The notes under the pieces: model-generated
The model's database searches: none
What the model saw: the letters and a program-made list of their open reading frames with translations, nothing else
What the model was told of the DNA's origin: nothing
NCBI GenBank assembly: GCA_031362565.1
Contig: JANLSU010000120.1
Coordinates: 1-64,000, forward strand
DNA: 64,000 nucleotides
Reading direction: 5' to 3'
From: a bacterium
GTDB taxonomy: Bacteria; Krumholzibacteriota; Krumholzibacteriia; G020349025
Position numbers and translations under genes: made by a program
Part shown: one piece after another, positions 59,318 to 64,000 of the stretch
Layout: each line of letters begins with the position of its first letter
How positions within the stretch are numbered: position 1 is the stretch's first letter

Positions 59318-60598
59318 GTGCAACGACGGCCATTCATCGCCCGCATCGCGTTCGTCGCGATTGCCGCGTTGCTCCTGTTCAGTTGCACGCGCCGGCCCGC
59401 TGAACCGCAGTTCAATAATCCGTTCGATCCGGCCACCGGGGGCGGGGATCCCTTCCGACTTACGGCCGAGTACACAACGCTCGGCGTCGTGGCTTTGACC
59501 TGGCACGCGCCGCCTGTGACCGGGATCACGGACTACCACATCCGGCGTTCGGTGCAGCCGGCCGGGCCGTACACTGTGACCGTGATCCCGGCAACCGCGG
59601 CTGCGGTCCAAATCACGACCGATGCGAAGTTCGCCCGCAACCGCACCAACTATTACAGGGTGCTCGCTTTCAATGGCCACGATATCAACGCTGAATCGCA
59701 AGTCGTCGCCGCGACGGTTTCTCCACCGGCAAAATTGACCATTCTCCGTACGACAACCGCATTCAATGACTCCACGGTGCCGTCACGGCAGGCCCGTTTG
59801 GTACTGCGAAGCAACTTCGGCGATTCGGTCGAAGTCGCGTCGACGCGCAGCTTTCTGGCCTCGCAGCGCTTCGCGGCGACCGACACCAATACGATCATCC
59901 CATGGGATTTGGGGGCCGCGAGTGCTCGGCACGCCAGGCTGCGCGTGTTCGCGCGCATGCACGCGAGCGGCGTCGTGTCGACCGAAATCGTCGGCGACTC
60001 CGCGCTGGCGGACTTGACGGCGAAGGTTAGACTTGTTGGCGCGGTGATCAACGACACACTCATCGTGCGCGCCAACGGCCTCGGCTTCACGCGCTTGCGC
60101 GCCGTCGGGCCGGGCGATTCTCTGGAACTGGCTCCTTGGCTGGCGAATCCGCACCCCGAGCGGACCGACTCCATCGAGGTCCGCGTCGTGTTGCAGAATA
60201 ATTCGCTGGCACCATTCGTAGTGCGCGCTGAAGCGGAGTCCGACTTTGGATTCACGCGCCGCTACGACCTGCCGGCAGTGCCACTCAGCGTCGACACCCT
60301 CGGGCTTACCTTCACCATCAACAATGCGGCTGGGCACACCGCCGGCGACGCGGAGACGACCCACCCGGACGTATTCATCGTCTCGACTGCCAAGAATGCG
60401 ACGCAGATGCGCTTCTCCGAGAGCACGGATTTCACCGGTGTGCCGTGGCAACCCTTCCGAACGACATCGACCTTCACATTGCTGGACACCGCAGGTACAC
60501 ACCGGGTCTACGGAATCTTCCGAAATCCGTTCGAGCCGCATGGGTTCGCGGTCTCGAAATCCATCGTCCTGCTGGCGCACTCTTCGGCCGCCCGTTGA
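59318..60598 (+). CDS. Beta-sandwich-rich lipoprotein (FN3-like N-terminus)
   Basis: AGGAGG RBS; lipobox LFSC; NNPFDP; LTW...Y.I.RS...YYRV.A. Confidence 0.75.
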   Translation: MQRRPFIARIAFVAIAALLLFSCTRRPAEPQFNNPFDPATGGGDPFRLTAEYTTLGVVALTWHAPPVTGITDYHIRRSVQPAGPYTVTVIPATAAAVQITTDAKFARNRTNYYRVLAFNGHDINAESQVVAATVSPPAKLTILRTTTAFNDSTVPSRQARLVLRSNFGDSVEVASTRSFLASQRFAATDTNTIIPWDLGAASARHARLRVFARMHASGVVSTEIVGDSALADLTAKVRLVGAVINDTLIVRANGLGFTRLRAVGPGDSLELAPWLANPHPERTDSIEVRVVLQNNSLAPFVVRAEAESDFGFTRRYDLPAVPLSVDTLGLTFTINNAAGHTAGDAETTHPDVFIVSTAKNATQMRFSESTDFTGVPWQPFRTTSTFTLLDTAGTHRVYGIFRNPFEPHGFAVSKSIVLLAHSSAAR

Positions 60599-60851
60599 TT
60601 CGATCCGGCCGGCTTGGCGCTGGCACCCCATCCTTCGACGCGGGTGTTGGACCTTCAACGCCTCGAATGGACGACTCGGGACTCGCCAAGTGCTCTGCGA
60701 GACGGCGGTCCAGTTCGGCTTCCTGCTCAGGGGTAAGCGCGAGTTCCGCCTCGCGCTCCTTCTGGTCGAGGCTTTCCCAGAGTGCGAGGGCAAGTTCCAC
60801 CCGCTGATCAGCGGGAAGTTTCAACAATTCTGCCAGAGTGTTTCGAATCAT
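60474..60851 (-). CDS. Addiction-module antitoxin with aberrant C-terminal extension (orphan, possibly pseudogene)
   Basis: LKLPADQRVELALALWESL...LTPEQEAELDRRL; GGAGG RBS; similarity ends near aa 62. Confidence 0.75.
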   Translation of the reverse strand: MIRNTLAELLKLPADQRVELALALWESLDQKEREAELALTPEQEAELDRRLAEHLASPESSIRGVEGPTPASKDGVPAPSRPDRINGRPKSAPAGRWISRPRTHAARTDFGRFRRPGVYLRCPAM

Positions 60852-61041
60852 GGGACGATTCCCTCACCTCCGTACTGTGATTTCAAGTCACCCAGGCGAT
60901 CGGTTGTGGCGACTCTGAGACTCGCGATGCTGAGACTCGCTTCAGGGCAGCCCGCGAGACGAAGTGCCCAGAACGCGACGACCAGAGCCGTGATTGCGAC
61001 CGGCGTGAGGATGCGAGTCTGGGCTGTCGCCGCCGGCGCTC

Positions 61042-61456
61042 TTACTGCTGTCCGGCCGCGTCGAGCGCCAGGTTCAGCGCCAGGACGTTGACCCGCGGCT
61101 CGCCGAGCAGTTGCATGAAGCGCGTTTCGATGTGCTGTTCAACAACGGCGCGCAGGCGCGCCTCGGGGATGCCGCGCTCGCGCGCGACGCGCGGCACTTG
61201 CCAGTCGGCGGCGGCCGGCGTGATATCCGGATCGAGACCGCTCCCGGACGAGGTAACGAGGTCGATGGGAATCGGGGTGCGGTTCTGCGGATCGGACTGG
61301 TGCAGTTTCGCGACCCGTTCCTGAACGGCCTGGTGCAACGCTGGATTCGACGGCCCCAAATTCGAACCACTCGAGGCGCCGGCGTTGTACGCCGGGGTCG
61401 TCGCAGACGGCCGGCTCCAGAAGTACCGCGGGTCGTCGAAGGTCTGGCCGATCGAC
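61042..61456 (-). pseudogene. kdpC: 5'-truncated K+-transporting ATPase subunit C
   Basis: IGQTFDDPRYFWSRPSAT...SSGSNLGP...DLVTSSGSGLDPDI...GEPRVNVLALNLALD; N-terminal TM missing; no kdpA/kdpB nearby. Confidence 0.88.
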
Positions 61457-61466
61457 GCATTCGAAG

Positions 61467-61595
61467 GTTGCGACCGACGTGCGCTGCCTCTGCGGCAACC
61501 TTCTTGTGCGGCGCGTGCCGGAAGGCTTCGAAATCAAGTGCCGGCGCTGCAAGCGCGCCATGCTGCTGCGCGTCACGGAACCCGAAAGCAAATAG
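61467..61595 (+). CDS. Small Com-like zinc-ribbon protein or remnant (not in the ORF track)
   Basis: VATDVRCLCGNLLVRRVPEGFEIKCRRCKRAMLLRVTEPESK*; possible GTG start at 61479. Confidence 0.6.
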   Translation, partial: VATDVRCLCGNLLVRRVPEGFEIKCRRCKRAMLLRVTEPESK

Positions 61596-61691
61596 ACTGC
61601 CGAGCGCCGCACCGCATCGGCAGCATTCAAGAACTGCTGCAGATCCTCGAAGAAGTGACCGCCTGAGAACGCCGGCCGGCGGCGCGGGATC

Positions 61692-62153
61692 CTAGCGCGC
61701 CTGGCGGGCGAGCCGCGTCAGGGTGCGGTCGAGGGCGGCGGCGAAGGTGCGTTTGGCGCGCTCGTCGTAGGGCGGCGGACCTTGGGTCGTGACGCCGGCC
61801 GAGCGCAGGTTGTCCATGAAATCGCGAATCGAGAGCCGTCCGCCGATCGTGTCCTCGGTGTGTTCATCGCCACGCACATCGAGCACCACGATTTGGTTCG
61901 GGACGAGAAGCGCGGCGAGCGGAATGTCCTGAGTCACCACGAGATCCCCAGCCTCGGCGTGCTCCACGATGTATTGATCCGCCACGTCCGGGCCGCCCTC
62001 GACGCACACCGACTTGATGAGCGGGTTGCCGGCCGGGGTCCGGAGGTGCTGGTTGGCGACGAGGATGGTCTCGATCGCCAGGCGCTTCGCAGCGCGAAAG
62101 ACGATCTCCTTCACATCGCGGGGTGCTGCATCCGCGTCGATCCAGATCTTCAA
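61692..62153 (-). CDS. yaiI: YaiI/YqxD (UPF0178) family protein
   Basis: IWIDADAAP, DVADQYI, GDLVVTQDIPLA, RDFMD.LR, FAAALD. Confidence 0.92.
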   Translation of the reverse strand: MKIWIDADAAPRDVKEIVFRAAKRLAIETILVANQHLRTPAGNPLIKSVCVEGGPDVADQYIVEHAEAGDLVVTQDIPLAALLVPNQIVVLDVRGDEHTEDTIGGRLSIRDFMDNLRSAGVTTQGPPPYDERAKRTFAAALDRTLTRLARQAR

Positions 62154-62305
62154 TGCCGGGCTCCCCTCGGACCGCGGTGGCCGGCGCCGAAGATAGCCGC
62201 CGGCCAGGCACCTTGCCAACGCGCCTGCAAAACGCTGTACTGTGCCTTGCCGGATGCCGCCCTCAAGGGGCTCGAAAGTATGGAGGGTCCGACATTCATC
62301 CTCAA

Positions 62306-63298
62306 GTGTGGCTGTGGGCGGGATTCATCGTCCTCGTACTCGTCGTATTGGCTCTCGACCTCGGAGTGCTGAATCGCAAGGCCCATGTCGTCTCGATCCG
62401 TGAGGCACTCGTGTTCACGGTCGGCCTGTTCGTACTGGCGATGGGTTTCAACGCCCTCGTCTACTTCCTCTACGCCAACCAATTGATGGGCCTGGGCACC
62501 CAGGTCGACAAGATCGACGGTGTCGTCAATACGGGCGGCCTTGCGGCGGTGAAATTCTTCACCGGCTACATGGTCGAGATTTCGCTGAGCGCCGACAACG
62601 TGTTCGTCATGGCGATGATTTTCCATTCGTTGCGGGTGCCGCCGCAGTATCAGCATCGCGTCTTGTTCTGGGGCATTCTCGGCGCACTCGTCATGCGCGG
62701 CGCGATGATCCTGGTCGGCGCGCAGCTCATCGCCCGTTACCACTGGCTGCTCTATCTGTTCGGCGCGTTCTTGGTGTTTACCGCCTACCGGATGCTGGTC
62801 GCCAAAGAGGACGAGGGCAACGTCGAGGACGGGCTCGTGGTGCGTTGGGTGCGAAAGATCTTCCCCGTCACGCCCGACTACCACGCCCAACGGTTCGTGG
62901 TTCTGCATCACGGGCGCCGCATGCTGACACCGCTGGCCGTGGCGCTCATCCTGGTCGAAACGACCGATCTCATCTTCGCGGTGGATTCGATCCCGGCGAT
63001 TTTCGCGATCACGACCGACCCGTTCATCGTGTTCACAAGCAACGTCTTTGCGATTCTGGGGCTGCGGTCGCTGTACTTCGCGCTGGCGGGAGCGATCCAG
63101 AAGTTCAAGTACCTCAAGAAGTCGCTGGCGGCGATCTTGGCCTTGGTGGGCGTCAAAATGCTGGCCGCCGATCTCTTGCAGATGCACATCGGCCCGAGCT
63201 TCAACTACTACATGCTCGCCATGGTGGCGTTGATTCTAACGGGCGGTATCGCGGCGAGTGCGGTGGCGGCACGCCGTCAGCTGCCGGGGCCGCGATAG
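62306..63298 (+). CDS. TerC/Alx family membrane protein
   Basis: EISLSADNVFV, QHRVLFWGILGALVMR, ETTDLIFAVDSIPA, SNVFAILGLRSLYF. Confidence 0.92.
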   Translation: MWLWAGFIVLVLVVLALDLGVLNRKAHVVSIREALVFTVGLFVLAMGFNALVYFLYANQLMGLGTQVDKIDGVVNTGGLAAVKFFTGYMVEISLSADNVFVMAMIFHSLRVPPQYQHRVLFWGILGALVMRGAMILVGAQLIARYHWLLYLFGAFLVFTAYRMLVAKEDEGNVEDGLVVRWVRKIFPVTPDYHAQRFVVLHHGRRMLTPLAVALILVETTDLIFAVDSIPAIFAITTDPFIVFTSNVFAILGLRSLYFALAGAIQKFKYLKKSLAAILALVGVKMLAADLLQMHIGPSFNYYMLAMVALILTGGIAASAVAARRQLPGPR

Positions 63299-63933
63299 AG
63301 TTGCTTGATGCGGGTCCACGTGTGCTGCTCGACCGCGACCGGATTGAGCACGAATCCGTTACACGAGCGTACGCCGGCCCGTGGCGGCAGGTCGAGGAAG
63401 TGGATCTCGCCGCGCAGATTGGAGCCGCTCGAGGCCAATTCCGTTCCGACTACCGGGGCGAATTCAAGCCGGAACGGAGCGCCAGCCATGACGATAGCGG
63501 GCAGATCCAAATTCTGTGACACGCTGGCGTCTTGCGGTGCCCGGTTCTCCATGAAGACTTCGGCGCTGTCGCGGCCGGAGGACTGCGAAACGTCGATGCT
63601 CACAATTCCATAACCACCCGGGTAGTGGTGGTAGGGCTCGGAAGTCGAAGCAGCAAGGGTTCCCGTGAGGCTCAAGCGGATCGTGCAGGCGACTATCGTC
63701 GACGGTGCGAGACCGGTGATCTCGAAATCGTCGACCGCCACAACCGCACCGCCGCTGGCGAGTGACGGGGTCGACTGAGCCGCCACCCATCCGGCGGGCA
63801 GATTGTTTTGTCCCGTTCCACCGTACTGGCCAGAGATCCGGCTCTCGGGGCACTGTGCCAACGAAGTGGTCGTGGCTCCGGCAAGGAGCGCGGCGCAGAG
63901 TGCCAGGGAACAATGGACTCGATCGCGTGGCAT
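63277..63933 (-). CDS. Secreted hypothetical protein with C-terminal TW-K-LY tag
   Basis: Signal peptide; ends PVAVEQHTWTRIKQLYRGPGS. Confidence 0.75.
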   Translation of the reverse strand: MPRDRVHCSLALCAALLAGATTTSLAQCPESRISGQYGGTGQNNLPAGWVAAQSTPSLASGGAVVAVDDFEITGLAPSTIVACTIRLSLTGTLAASTSEPYHHYPGGYGIVSIDVSQSSGRDSAEVFMENRAPQDASVSQNLDLPAIVMAGAPFRLEFAPVVGTELASSGSNLRGEIHFLDLPPRAGVRSCNGFVLNPVAVEQHTWTRIKQLYRGPGS

Positions 63934-64000
63934 GGGCGAAGACCTCGCTCGATGTGCGGGCCGGGCTGCCGCGATCCTATCACGCGACGGCGTCGCCCCG

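Noticed and set aside
62220..62305. yybP-ykoY (Mn) riboswitch ahead of terC/alx
   Set aside because: AAGGGG is present but the GGGGAGTAG...GAGACC core is not recognisable.

Overview
GC-rich bacterial window. Several secreted proteins end in a 'PNPFNP' FlgD-Ig-like domain or a 'TWxxxKxLY' tail, which points to an FCB-related candidate phylum such as Eisenbacteria, Krumholzibacteriota or Latescibacterota (inference). 1-8 kb: two paralogous FG-GAP surface proteins flank a B12-binding radical SAM gene, with a partial duplicate of that gene and an Mrr fragment at the left edge. 8-28 kb: an accessory region with no visible integrase or transposase, holding a TcmP/DUF5131 pair, an XRE-ImmA/IrrE regulator, many intact or decayed toxin-antitoxin modules with clear promoter/operator palindromes, TetR-VOC genes, an AAA-DUF4143 ATPase and a ~1760-aa FG-GAP/FN3 protein. 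28-64 kb: PadR-ABC transporter, a secreted propeller/repeat protein, a membrane-TPR protein, a HlyD-VTC-DUF4956-2xSdiA-regulated operon behind a Pho-box-like promoter, CoA-activase genes, radical SAM, CHRD, glutamate dehydrogenase, a glycosyltransferase-DUF547 operon, a kdpC remnant, YaiI and TerC. No tRNA, rRNA, CRISPR array or transposase was recognised. Best candidates for undescribed biology are the VTC operon, the short C-terminal TW-K-LY tag and the TcmP/DUF5131 module. All family calls come from motif recognition by eye, not database searches.
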